Source: an uncultured Acidobacteriota bacterium
GTDB taxonomy: Bacteria > Acidobacteriota > Terriglobia > Acidiferrales > UBA7541
Assembly (NCBI GenBank): GCA_963701865.1
Contig: CAVPBO010000002.1
Location: forward strand, 35,239 to 99,238
Length of the DNA stretch: 64,000 bases
Direction of reading: 5' to 3'
Under the pieces are notes generated by a model, which was given only the letters and a program-made list of their open reading frames with translations, did not search any database and had not been told where the DNA came from. The translations under genes were made by a program, and so were the position numbers. Below are positions 30,418 to 41,182 of the stretch, in pieces. Every line of letters starts with the position of its first letter. Within the stretch, counting starts at the first letter, position 1.

Positions 30418-31326
30418 CTATTGAGGATGGGAGGATGGAGCAGCCGGCGCGCTGTTAGTCGTCGTTCCCGGCTGCGGTTTCGCTGACGAGGGCGGTGGTG
30501 CGAGCGTGAATCGGCCATTGACGACTGGATTGCGTTCTTCGCCCTCGCAGTCCTCGTAAATCATGCGGTTAATGTGAGCCACCCGCTGGTAGGTGCGGTT
30601 CACGTGCCAGGGCGCCGTGAAACTGGTGGGATCGATCACGGTCATCTGATCCTCCAGATGATCCTTGTCGAGCATCCGGAACCTTTCAATGAAGTGTGCC
30701 TGCGAACTCAAGATGGTGACCGTCTGCATGCCCTCGACGTCCCCAAACGCCAGGACCGCAATACCCGCCGATTCCGAATCAGTAAAAGGAGACTTGACCG
30801 CGATTGTGTCAATGACGAGAGTCTGTCCTTCCCAGTGGCCGATCGAATCGCCCCAGGGCGTCGCCCATAGATCATCCTGCGGAGTGTGCGGCCTTCCGTC
30901 CGTGTAAACGTGGCGAATCTCGCGGCTCGAGAAGATCAGTGTCGTTTCCTTCGGCGTCGGAAGGACTTCGAACATCAGCGGTGAATCGAGCATGATCAAA
31001 GGAAATCCGAACGTGCAGGCCTTCGCGTCCACTCCGCCGGGATCTTCTCCGCGGGCGATTTTCTCCAGTCTTTCGCGTTCCGACGCGACGATCTTGTCTA
31101 CTCGGGCCTGTAGCTCCGGTTTGTTCGGCGGGCTCCACTGCATATTCTTCAGGACGTCATCGAGCGACTGATTGAATCCTCCCGATGCATCCGGCGTGCC
31201 GCCGACGTTTTCCCACTGGCCGCTCCAGTCCGGCATCCCTGTCGGCGCGGCATTGGCCGCCGCTTGAATGACTGCCGCGCATCCCATCAGGATCGCCGCC
31301 GCTAGCGCCAATCTCCGCAGAGTCAC
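30418..31326 (-). CDS. Secreted hypothetical protein, partner of DUF6152
   Basis: Intact 302 aa with signal peptide MTLRRLALAAAILMGCAAVIQAAANA. The start overlaps the DUF6152 stop by 4 nt. The low-complexity P/S/T-rich C-terminus is the only other feature seen. Confidence 0.75.
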   Translation of the reverse strand: MTLRRLALAAAILMGCAAVIQAAANAAPTGMPDWSGQWENVGGTPDASGGFNQSLDDVLKNMQWSPPNKPELQARVDKIVASERERLEKIARGEDPGGVDAKACTFGFPLIMLDSPLMFEVLPTPKETTLIFSSREIRHVYTDGRPHTPQDDLWATPWGDSIGHWEGQTLVIDTIAVKSPFTDSESAGIAVLAFGDVEGMQTVTILSSQAHFIERFRMLDKDHLEDQMTVIDPTSFTAPWHVNRTYQRVAHINRMIYEDCEGEERNPVVNGRFTLAPPPSSAKPQPGTTTNSAPAAPSSHPQ

Positions 31327-31718
31327 TTCGCTTCGCCGCCCGGCGTCGGTGTGCCGATCAGTGGTCCGGCCGGTCCGGTTCCGGAAACGTACTGGCCACC
31401 TGCCGTGCCATCGCGCATCGGATGAATGCCCAATGTCACCTGGTCACCCGGCTTCAAGGTTCCGGGCTTCCATCCAACTCGCGCCAGATGCTCCGGGCTC
31501 GTCATCTCAATGCTCCATTCGACTTCGCTGCCGCTCTCCGTCTTCACGAGCAGCTGAATGAAGACATGCGGATTGGTCCAACGGAAATCCTTGACGGTGC
31601 CCTGGAGGTTGACCACCTTCGACTGGTCGAACATAGCAAACGAATGGTGCGCCAGCGCCGAACCTGCCATCAGCATTACGGCGACGGCGATAACGACATA
31701 ATTCAGCACTCTAGGCAT
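31323..31718 (-). CDS. DUF6152-like secreted protein
   Basis: ATG 31716-31718 follows GGGGAGGA. MPRVLNYVVIAVAVMLMAGSALAHHSFAMFDQSKVVNLQGTVKDFRWTNPHVFIQL...; the mature N-terminus HHSFAMFD and W.NPH are the family hallmark as I recall it. Confidence 0.7.
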   Translation of the reverse strand: MPRVLNYVVIAVAVMLMAGSALAHHSFAMFDQSKVVNLQGTVKDFRWTNPHVFIQLLVKTESGSEVEWSIEMTSPEHLARVGWKPGTLKPGDQVTLGIHPMRDGTAGGQYVSGTGPAGPLIGTPTPGGEAK

Positions 31719-32082
31719 TTGTTCCTCCCCGGATCCCGGATTCCGTTTTACCTGGTGAAAAAAGCGCCGCGTAATGTCGTGTCGCGTAAAACTGTCCCGC
31801 TGAAGCCATCGCGTTCGTTTCGATCGTTTCGTTCCCATGTCGTTTCAGATGGAGTGCGCGATAAACTTTCCGCATTCCGCCCGTCCTGACGAATGAACAA
31901 CGCCGCAAGCAGCGAAAATTTCATAGGGCAAGACGCGAGTGTCATCCGGGGCCGGATTATACTCCCAAGAACCGCGAACGAAATCCGTTACTTCATGTGG
32001 ATACCAGGGTGAAGTTCCCGACGTGGCCGTTCCCGAGAGCTTGCGGTTTCGAGGAACATCAGCGGCTGAAGCCCTTCCCGAC

Positions 32083-32118
32083 TTGTAGGTCTTGCGCTGA
32101 TAAATCCGCGACCTACAA
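32083..32118. repeat. REP-like hairpin downstream of the sedolisin gene
   Basis: TTGTAGGTC (32083-32091) / GACCTACAA (32110-32118), a 9-bp stem with an 18-nt loop. It lies 47 bp past the stop at 32165. No U-tract. Confidence 0.4.
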
Positions 32119-32164
32119 ATAGTCTCGCGTTCTCAAATAGGGTTGTAATCCCCGCTCCAAACGC

Positions 32165-35100
32165 TCACTGCACGACCAGGGTGAGGTTCGTCGAGTGCGA
32201 CGTGCCGTTGGCCATGCCCGTCACGGTGATCGTATAGGTGTTCGGGGGCGTACCTTGCGCCGAAGGTGGCGGAGGCGGAGGAGGTGGAGCGCCCCCACCG
32301 CTTCCGCCGCCGCATCCCAGTGCGGCGATACCGGCCGTCATGAGGATCAGCGCGAGCGCAAGGATCGCGTAACGACGCCGGCGCACGCTGGCGGAACCGG
32401 TGAGGAACAGAAGCAACAGCGCAACGGCGATGACGATGGAGTCCGGGCGCGGATCGATTGGGGAACGGGCGGCCGGCTTGCGCACGACCATCCCCGCGTT
32501 CGAAGTCGTCGCCACCATGATGGACCCGATGTCTATGTTTCCGTCGGACACTGGGATTGCCGTGGGAATTGGGGTGCAGGTCGTCATTGGCGCATTCGTG
32601 GTGCAGGAGATATTCACCGTCCCGGCGTAGCCGAACAGCGGCACTACCACGATATCGTTGATGTAGTTGGCGGTATTTCCGGCAGTAACGGTGAGCGACG
32701 GGATTCCCTGGTTCGCTATTGTGAAATCGGCGGTCAGTGTCATTGGCAGAGAAGTTGACACGGAGGGGCCGTAGTCGGCGTCGCCCGCATAGCTTGCCGT
32801 GAAATTGTATTGCCCGGGCGCCAGCTGCGTACCGTTGAAGGATGCGGTCGAGTTGATCGTGCCACCCGACGGGTTTCCGCCGCTCAGTCCAATCGTTCCC
32901 AAAACGGTGTTGCCGTTGCTGATCGTGATCAAACCGGTGGGCGCGCTGCCCGCGCTCGTAGCAGTCACGGTGGTGTTGAGCAGCAATCCTTGCGAGTTCA
33001 GCTGCGATGCAAGTGCGGTGGTTGTTCCGATCGCCGTGATCGTGAAATTGATCGGCGAGGAATCCGTGGATGAAAGGAAACTGTTGTCGCCGGTGTAGAA
33101 GGCTGTGACCGAATAATTCCCGGCGGGAATCTGCGCATCGGGCACGGCGATTGCCGCGCCGCCTGTCCCCAGGGATGCTCCCCAAATTTCCGAGGCCTGA
33201 TTGTTATAGAAATTGATGTTGCCAGTCGGATCGCCGACGCCCGATTGCCCATTTACCTGCGCCTGAAAATAGACGGGCGTGCCGAATGGCGCGGACGTGA
33301 AGGGCGCCAGAACACCCGAGGAGTTCTTGATCATCGCGGTGAACGTGACGGTTGTCGGCTCGGCGGAGATATTCACGAAGACTGAATTCGGGGCGTCGCT
33401 TCCGCCAAAGGCGCCGTCGCCGGCGTAATGCGCGCTCACGTTGTAGGCGCCGCCGGGCAGCGCGTTCGTTGTTCCGCCGTAGGTTCCCTGCGCTGTGACC
33501 GGAAAAATCGCGGCGGTGTTGTCGCCGGTGAAATTTCCGTGCGGGAAACCGCTTTGCGTGATCCATACGACGCCAGTAGGCTCGCCGTTTGCACCGCCGG
33601 GTGCGACATTGCCATTGACGTTTACTGGACTGCCGTGGACGGCGGTCGCTGGAGCAATCGAAAATGTGGTTGTGGTCGAATTGAAGGTGACCGAGTTCCA
33701 CTGGCTCACGAGATTGGAAACGTTGACGGAGCCGAGACCGGTGGCGAGGTCGAAGCCGACGCCAGTCTGAAACTGGGCGGTGGGAGTGCCGTATCCGGTC
33801 TCGCCGGGGACTGAGTTATTTCCGGAGGTAACGTCGTTGAAGACGCAGGTCGTCGCAGGCGGAGTGGTCGTACTCGATGCGTTGCATTGCGCGAGAGTTT
33901 CGGCGGTCGCCAGGCGATAGAGCACGTAATTCGGCTGGCCGAGACGCACGAAGGTTTGCTGGTTTGCAAGCGCAAGGATTCCGGCGAAAGAAGGAGCAGC
34001 CGCGGACGTCCCGGACGCGCCGACGAAGAATATTTCGCCCTGCGCGTTGGGAACGCAGGATGCACGCAGACAGAGGAGATACGGATCGTGGCTGGCGGCG
34101 GTGAGCGAAACGTCGGGAACATCGCGGAAATTGTCGGCGGGAATGCCGGCGACTCCTGTTTGCCAGGAAGGCTTCGAGAAGTAGGCGCTGACGCCTCCTC
34201 CCCCAGCAACGATATTTGGCGTGGAACATCCGGCAGCACCGCTGGCACAGCTTTCGTTCCAGGCATCTTCGGGAATGTAGGAGATGGCGGACTCGAGGGT
34301 CAGCGGAACATTCGTCGGGCTCCAGTACTTGCCGGGGTTGTTGTTTTCGTTGAAAATCGTGCCGCCGACCGCGACAGTGTAGGGCGTCGAGGCCAGCGCA
34401 TTGACGCTCGGCGGATGAGTCGCGACACTCTCCGAGTGAGGATTGTCGCAACCGGCTGAACCCGAATCGCCGCTGGAAACGACGTACGCGATTCCCTCCG
34501 TGGCGGCCTGCTGCGCCAGACTGGAAATACCCTCAGCTTCAGCGCTGGTGAAATTGGCCTCGCAATCCCCGAAGCTTTCGCTCATCACGTCGGCAAAATT
34601 ATTGTCGATGATGTACACCTCAGAGAGATCGACTCCGTCGGTCGTCGCGGTCGATTGCGACACAACCAGAGTGACGAAGGCTGTGGGAGCGACGGCGCCT
34701 GCCCACGTTGTATCGAGGACCGCTTCCCCCTCCTCGTTGCCGCCCAGATCTCCCGGGTCGGGTCCGTTGACAAGCACCTGCGGTATGGACGCCTGATCGA
34801 ACGTAAAAAAGTGAAGGTTAATCACATCCTCGACGTTGATGTTCGAGCGTCCGACGAGGGCGATGCTCGCATCTGTGAACGGCTGGAGAGGATTGAAGTT
34901 ATAGATCTTGTAGTAGTCGGCCGGCGCAAGCGCGTGCACGCCGCTGCCGGAGGTGAACTGCGGGTGACCGTTCGCGCCAATCGTCGCCGGGATGGGGGCG
35001 TCCGCAAGTTGGATTTGCGGGGCCTTGTAGAAATTGTGAAGAGTGAAAACGCCGGCGACGACGGGTGCGAGCGCCGCGGGGATCTGAGGGTCGGTGGCGT

Positions 35101-35632
35101 TGGCCCAGTGCTCTACGCCGTCGTACACGAATTTGTGGATCGACGTGTGGAACGCTGACTGCACTTGCGACGCGGAGCCGGAGAATTCGATCGCGACGCG
35201 CCCGTTGGCGACGTGCACGTCGTGGAAGCCGTAGCTTTCAAGCCACGCCGTCACCTGCGCGATGTCGCCATCGGCGGGGCCAAACTGCTGGCCGAATTGC
35301 CGCGGAGTGAGCCAGCGGTGGTAATTCGGAGAGGACTTGTCCTGCTGCCGGTCGAGCAGAGTCTTCAGGGCGCTTTCCTGCTCCGGGCTGCGGGTGAGGA
35401 CCAGCAGCATCCGGTTCAGCGCCAGGTCGGAGGGCGCGGGACCGCGATCGAATTCGAGACGGGCAAGCTGATGCGTGTTGCCCTTAAGCGTGACCAAATC
35501 GTTCACGTCAATGACGTCAGTGATTCGGGCTTGGACCTGGCTCGATTGCGCGGCCGAGCGGCCGCCGGCGAGCGTGGCCAGCGTCAGGATGATAGCGACA
35601 TGTTGAAATGTTGAGATCGTCGACCGGTTCAT
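32165..35632 (-). CDS. S53 (sedolisin/kumamolisin-type) serine peptidase with Ig-like repeats and hydrophobic C-terminal region
   Basis: Intact ORF. ATG 35630-35632 follows GGAG. A signal peptide is present. The pro-kumamolisin activation domain is seen (..WLTPRQFGQQFGPADGDIAQVTAWLESYGF..). Catalytic motifs SGDSGSAGCD and GASGTSAAAPSFAGILAL are present. About 500 aa of Ig-like repeats follow (..YNVSAHYAGDGAFGGS.., ..YSVTAFYTGDNSFLSS.., ..YNFTASYAGDADYGPS..). Confidence 0.9.
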   Translation of the reverse strand: MNRSTISTFQHVAIILTLATLAGGRSAAQSSQVQARITDVIDVNDLVTLKGNTHQLARLEFDRGPAPSDLALNRMLLVLTRSPEQESALKTLLDRQQDKSSPNYHRWLTPRQFGQQFGPADGDIAQVTAWLESYGFHDVHVANGRVAIEFSGSASQVQSAFHTSIHKFVYDGVEHWANATDPQIPAALAPVVAGVFTLHNFYKAPQIQLADAPIPATIGANGHPQFTSGSGVHALAPADYYKIYNFNPLQPFTDASIALVGRSNINVEDVINLHFFTFDQASIPQVLVNGPDPGDLGGNEEGEAVLDTTWAGAVAPTAFVTLVVSQSTATTDGVDLSEVYIIDNNFADVMSESFGDCEANFTSAEAEGISSLAQQAATEGIAYVVSSGDSGSAGCDNPHSESVATHPPSVNALASTPYTVAVGGTIFNENNNPGKYWSPTNVPLTLESAISYIPEDAWNESCASGAAGCSTPNIVAGGGGVSAYFSKPSWQTGVAGIPADNFRDVPDVSLTAASHDPYLLCLRASCVPNAQGEIFFVGASGTSAAAPSFAGILALANQQTFVRLGQPNYVLYRLATAETLAQCNASSTTTPPATTCVFNDVTSGNNSVPGETGYGTPTAQFQTGVGFDLATGLGSVNVSNLVSQWNSVTFNSTTTTFSIAPATAVHGSPVNVNGNVAPGGANGEPTGVVWITQSGFPHGNFTGDNTAAIFPVTAQGTYGGTTNALPGGAYNVSAHYAGDGAFGGSDAPNSVFVNISAEPTTVTFTAMIKNSSGVLAPFTSAPFGTPVYFQAQVNGQSGVGDPTGNINFYNNQASEIWGASLGTGGAAIAVPDAQIPAGNYSVTAFYTGDNSFLSSTDSSPINFTITAIGTTTALASQLNSQGLLLNTTVTATSAGSAPTGLITISNGNTVLGTIGLSGGNPSGGTINSTASFNGTQLAPGQYNFTASYAGDADYGPSVSTSLPMTLTADFTIANQGIPSLTVTAGNTANYINDIVVVPLFGYAGTVNISCTTNAPMTTCTPIPTAIPVSDGNIDIGSIMVATTSNAGMVVRKPAARSPIDPRPDSIVIAVALLLLFLTGSASVRRRRYAILALALILMTAGIAALGCGGGSGGGAPPPPPPPPSAQGTPPNTYTITVTGMANGTSHSTNLTLVVQ

Positions 35633-36037
35633 AGACTCCGCCCATCGGCAGACCGGCACGTCCCAGGGGGATTGCCCCGCTTGCGATCGGGGAGCCTTCG
35701 ATACGCTGGGAAGTCCGTAGCGAATGGCGCCGTCTCGGCTGGGAGAGTCAGGCCGCCGCTAACGATTCAGTTAAGGGTCGAGAGTGTAACATTCGAGGGG
35801 AGGGGTTTGTCCAGCGGAGGGTTCGGCGGTCGGGATGCGGGCATTCCTCAGAAGGCAGTCACGATTGCCGATACCCGTAACGTAAGCATTTTGGCAAAGC
35901 CCCGAGGTGACCACTGCCGAGCGGAGGCGTACTCCCGAAAGTAATCCACGTACGTGATTAGAGCGCTTACCGGAGAAGTGCCCCATTTGCCACGATATGA
36001 TTCTTCAAGCTGGCCGAGTACCACGGCCGCAGCGATC

Positions 36038-37248
36038 TCACGGGGTCGCCGGAACGTAATACGCGGCGCGATGAGAAACATGTGCACCCGTTTCGCCGGG
36101 GACTTCGACGCGTAGCGAATGCCACCCAGGCCGCGCGCCTGCAGCGCTCTGCGTCGGGAGCCGGATAAAATCCCAAGCTATATTCCGCGCGAATCTTCTC
36201 CGCAATTTTTCGGAAGGTATCCGCCATCGTCGCGGCTTCGCGAAGAAAATAAAGCTGCCCTCCCGCGCGACGCACAAGCTCGGCAAGATAAAGCGTGTAA
36301 GGAGGAATGTCCAGCAGACGCGCATTCGGCGACAAGATCGTCGCGACCTTATGTTCTTCGAGCCATTCGGGCGTCATGATCTTTGGCCGCGTCTCCGTTG
36401 ACACCGCGAACAGCTGAATATCCTGCGCCGCGAGCGTTCGTGCAACGTCGTCGAACGTCAGCCGGTCCGCGGGCTGTCCCGCTTGCGGCGCGGCGCTGGC
36501 CGGGTCGTACGTCAGCCCCAGGCCGCTGTCTTGCCCGTCGGTGAGCAGCAGAATCGCTTTGCGGCCACTGCGGCCCGGAAATAATTCCTTCGCGGCGAAA
36601 TATACGGCCTCGTAGATGTTAGAGCCTCCCACATCGCCAAAGAGTTCCCGCACGTCCACTCGCGCGACGGCGCGGCGCGCCTGCTCGCGCACGTCGGAAA
36701 ATGGGAGCTGCAGGTACGTGTGCGCCGAAAAATCCACCACCGCCGCTTGGTCAAGCGGCGCGAGCGCTGTGATCAACGCATCCGCCGCTTGCTTCATTTC
36801 CTCCGAATCGCGCAGCACGCTCGGGCTTGCGTCAATGACGAGCGCCACGCTCGCGGGCGCCGTCGAGGCGTCGAAGTAAGCAATCGGCTGCGCGACGCCA
36901 TCCTCGAAAATGCGAAAATCCTCCCGCCGCAGTCCCGGCACAGCGGACCCATCCGCTGCGGAGACGATGCAAGTGACGGGAACCATTTGAGTGAACACTT
37001 GCATCGGGTGCAGTCCCGACGGAGTGTCCGCTCGGCGGTTTGGTCACTGATGCGGTTGCAGCTGTCGCGCGAAGCTCTCCGGTCACTGGATCGCGTGTCC
37101 ACACGACTCCCTTGTCGAGCTGGCGCGCCGGCGGAAGTTTCGGGAGCTTCTGCGCGTGCGTATCTTGAGGGCGCGGACCAGCAATTGTCGCAAAGTCGGG
37201 AACGAATGTGAGGAATGCCGCGAGAGCTGCGATGAGCAGTACTCGCAT
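36038..37248 (-). CDS. VWA domain protein (acidobacterial VWFA-related, TIGR03436-like), 2 frameshifts
   Basis: ATG 37246-37248 gives signal MRVLLIAALAAFLTFVP. The core ORF 35967..37004 has the VWA MIDAS start (VALVIDASPSVL) and ..ILLLTDGQDSG... The family-typical C-terminus ..GARPGWHSLRVEVPGETGAHVSHRAAYYVPATP* is in the frame of ORF 36038..36325. Frame changes are near 37005-37040 and about 36145. Confidence 0.8.
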
Positions 37249-37256
37249 AGGTAGAT

Positions 37257-37562
37257 TCAATCGAGGTCGAAATCGCGGATTGGTTTTTCGATGGGCCCGT
37301 CTTTGGCTTTCTTCAAGCCTTCGGCGAACTTGCGCGAGAGCACATCTTCTTTGGTTCGCTCGGCTTCCACCGACGCGCGGAATTTTGCCTCGACGGAGTC
37401 CTCGTGGTCACGCAGCAGCTTCGCGGTGTCGTCGAGATCCACCGAAGGCGGCCTCACGGGCGCGACATGCGCGAGGACCACGCCGAGAGAGCGGTCCACG
37501 GTCAATTTCGCGTGGCAGCAGGGGCAATCGAGTTCGAGTGTGTCCGCCGGACGGTTCGCCAT
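37257..37562 (-). CDS. Small hypothetical protein with N-terminal CPCC..H Zn-ribbon-like motif
   Basis: Intact 101 aa: MANRPADTLELDCPCCHAKLTVDRSLGVV.... The C-terminal half is charged and helical. It ends 8 nt before the VWA gene start. Confidence 0.55.
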   Translation of the reverse strand: MANRPADTLELDCPCCHAKLTVDRSLGVVLAHVAPVRPPSVDLDDTAKLLRDHEDSVEAKFRASVEAERTKEDVLSRKFAEGLKKAKDGPIEKPIRDFDLD

Positions 37563-37841
37563 GCCGGGTATTCTACGCCAATTTTCCCGCTGTCAAGAGT
37601 CTCGTACCCGTAAGGAGTCACCGAGGCGTTGGCCGCGGCGCCTAAAGTTTCGAGCGGACTCGCCGATAACTCCATAGGGCGACGACCGAGATCTGCGGGG
37701 ATTGCGCCCAAGCTTCCGAGCACGCACGACCGGCCCCAAATCGAATTGCAACGACCCAGCCTGGAGCAAACCTTGATAACTTCCAAGTCCCGGACATCCG
37801 ACAATCCCGCTGCGCCTGCGAAGCATCCGATTGGCACGGGC

Positions 37842-38530
37842 GCTGACCGGCGCAGGCGTTGCCGCGCGAGAGTTGTGGGTCGCGTGCACGCACGCGGCGG
37901 CGTGGGAACTCTCGACCTGTTCGAGGATGTCGGCAAGAGTATTGACGTCTCGCTCGACGGGATTCTCTGGTCCACTTCCCGGGGCGGTTACTGGGTTGGC
38001 CAGTTCCTTGAGGTCACATTTCCGTACTGGACGTCGCCCACGGCGATCAACCAGGCGCGCAGAGCGCGAGTCGTCCGCAACCTGCTTCTGCCGGATTTCA
38101 GTTACGCGGTGGCAGTTCAATTCGACAAAGGGTGCGTCGGCCGCGAATGGAAATCCTCTGACCGCGCGACGCCCGGACCAGGTGCGCGTGCTCGGAGTGG
38201 AAGCCGATCCTTCCATTGCCAATGCGTTGCGCGTCCTATTCGAGCAGGACGGATACCAGGTAGTCCTCGTCTCCACCGGGCAGCAGGCGCTGGACATTCT
38301 GGAGAGCGACACACCGGACGTCCTGATCGCGGAAGCGGAAGGGCAGGGGATTACTGGGCGGGAACTCTGCGCCATCGCCAAGAAAAATCTTCGGCTGCGG
38401 CATATCCCCGTGATTTTGCTTACGAACTCGGCGCTGCCGTCGGACTACTCAGCGAGCTACCGCGCGGGCGCGGTGGTTTGCATGATGAGGCCGTGCGAAC
38501 CGCAGCGGCTGCGCAACGCCGTGCATATGG
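37842..38530 (+). CDS. PilZ domain + degenerate receiver (REC) domain protein; domain-supported core only, both ends uncertain, one frameshift
   Basis: The frame of ORF 37629..38564 carries RRRRCRARV..(RxxxR) and DVSLDG (DxSxxG), then ..ARVVRNLLLPDFSYAVAVQF, which is PilZ-like. The frame of ORF 37831..38901 then gives a REC fold: RVLGVEADPSIANALRVLFEQDGYQVVLVSTGQQALDILESDTPDVLIAEAEGQGITGRELC..IPVILLTNS..RAGAVVCMMRPCEP. The frame change lies somewhere in 38125-38180. Candidate TTG starts are at 37629 and 37770. The stop is unresolved. Confidence 0.55.
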
Positions 38531-38655
38531 TGGCGCCGCCGCCGGGCCAGCGATCCAGCTATAGCGCGGCCTTCAATATTTCATGCGTTTGTGAGGACTT
38601 CGTAGCGTCGGCGACTTGTCGGCGGTTCTGGCTGGCGTTGGATGCCGCGCTGAAT

Positions 38656-40589
<1,934 letters not shown>

Positions 40590-40593
40590 CGGA

Positions 40594-41166
40594 TTACCTC
40601 ACCCTCTGGATGCTTTCCTGCGAGTGGTCGCGCGCCTTGTCCTGGCTACCGGCGCGCAGGGCCCTCGATGCAACGTAAGGCAGATTCCGAAACAATCCGC
40701 CCTCGCCGCTCAATCCATAGCCTACCCATTCCTTAGATGCAGCCGCGAAGCCAGTGTATTCAGCTTTCAGATTAACTTTGCGGGAGGCGGGCTTGTCGAA
40801 CAGCACCGCCAGCCGCAGCGTGCGCGGCCGGCCCTCCTCCAGGCGCTTCAGCAGGAAATCCTGCGTCACGCCGGTATTGAGCACCGCATCCACCACGAGC
40901 ACGTCGCGCCCTCGAAGCGCCGGCGCCGCGCTGAAAAAAATCTCGCGGTACTCCTGCCCGCCGAATCGAACGTCGCGCGTTTCCGAGCGCACAAAATGGC
41001 AGGAAACGGGCCTCGAAATCTCGCGCACCAGGTCGGCGGCGAACAAAAACGAATTCTCGAGCACCACAACCACATCAACCGTCCGTCCGGCGTAGTCCTT
41101 CGAGATGGCGCGGCCCAGCTGGCTCACTCTCGTCGCAAGACGCTGTCGAGTAAACGCGACCTTCAT
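40594..41166 (-). CDS. hpt: Hypoxanthine phosphoribosyltransferase
   Basis: Starts at [10 protein letters not shown]... (ATG 41164-41166). PRPP-binding motif [13 protein letters not shown]. The conserved tilS-hpt-ftsH gene order supports the call. Confidence 0.88.
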   Translation of the reverse strand: MKVAFTRQRLATRVSQLGRAISKDYAGRTVDVVVVLENSFLFAADLVREISRPVSCHFVRSETRDVRFGGQEYREIFFSAAPALRGRDVLVVDAVLNTGVTQDFLLKRLEEGRPRTLRLAVLFDKPASRKVNLKAEYTGFAAASKEWVGYGLSGEGGLFRNLPYVASRALRAGSQDKARDHSQESIQRVR

Positions 41167-41182
41167 CGTCCGTCGAATCCCC

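Noticed and set aside
32133-33701. Alternative-frame ORFs inside the sedolisin gene (350 aa, 165 aa and others)
   Set aside because: These are Arg/His-rich out-of-frame translations of the Ig-repeat region. The 1164-aa frame has clear peptidase motifs.
35771-36087. Small minus-strand ORFs (71 and 79 aa) between the VWA gene and the sedolisin gene
   Set aside because: They have no RBS or family signal, and one overlaps the corrected VWA C-terminus. They cannot be supported from sequence alone.
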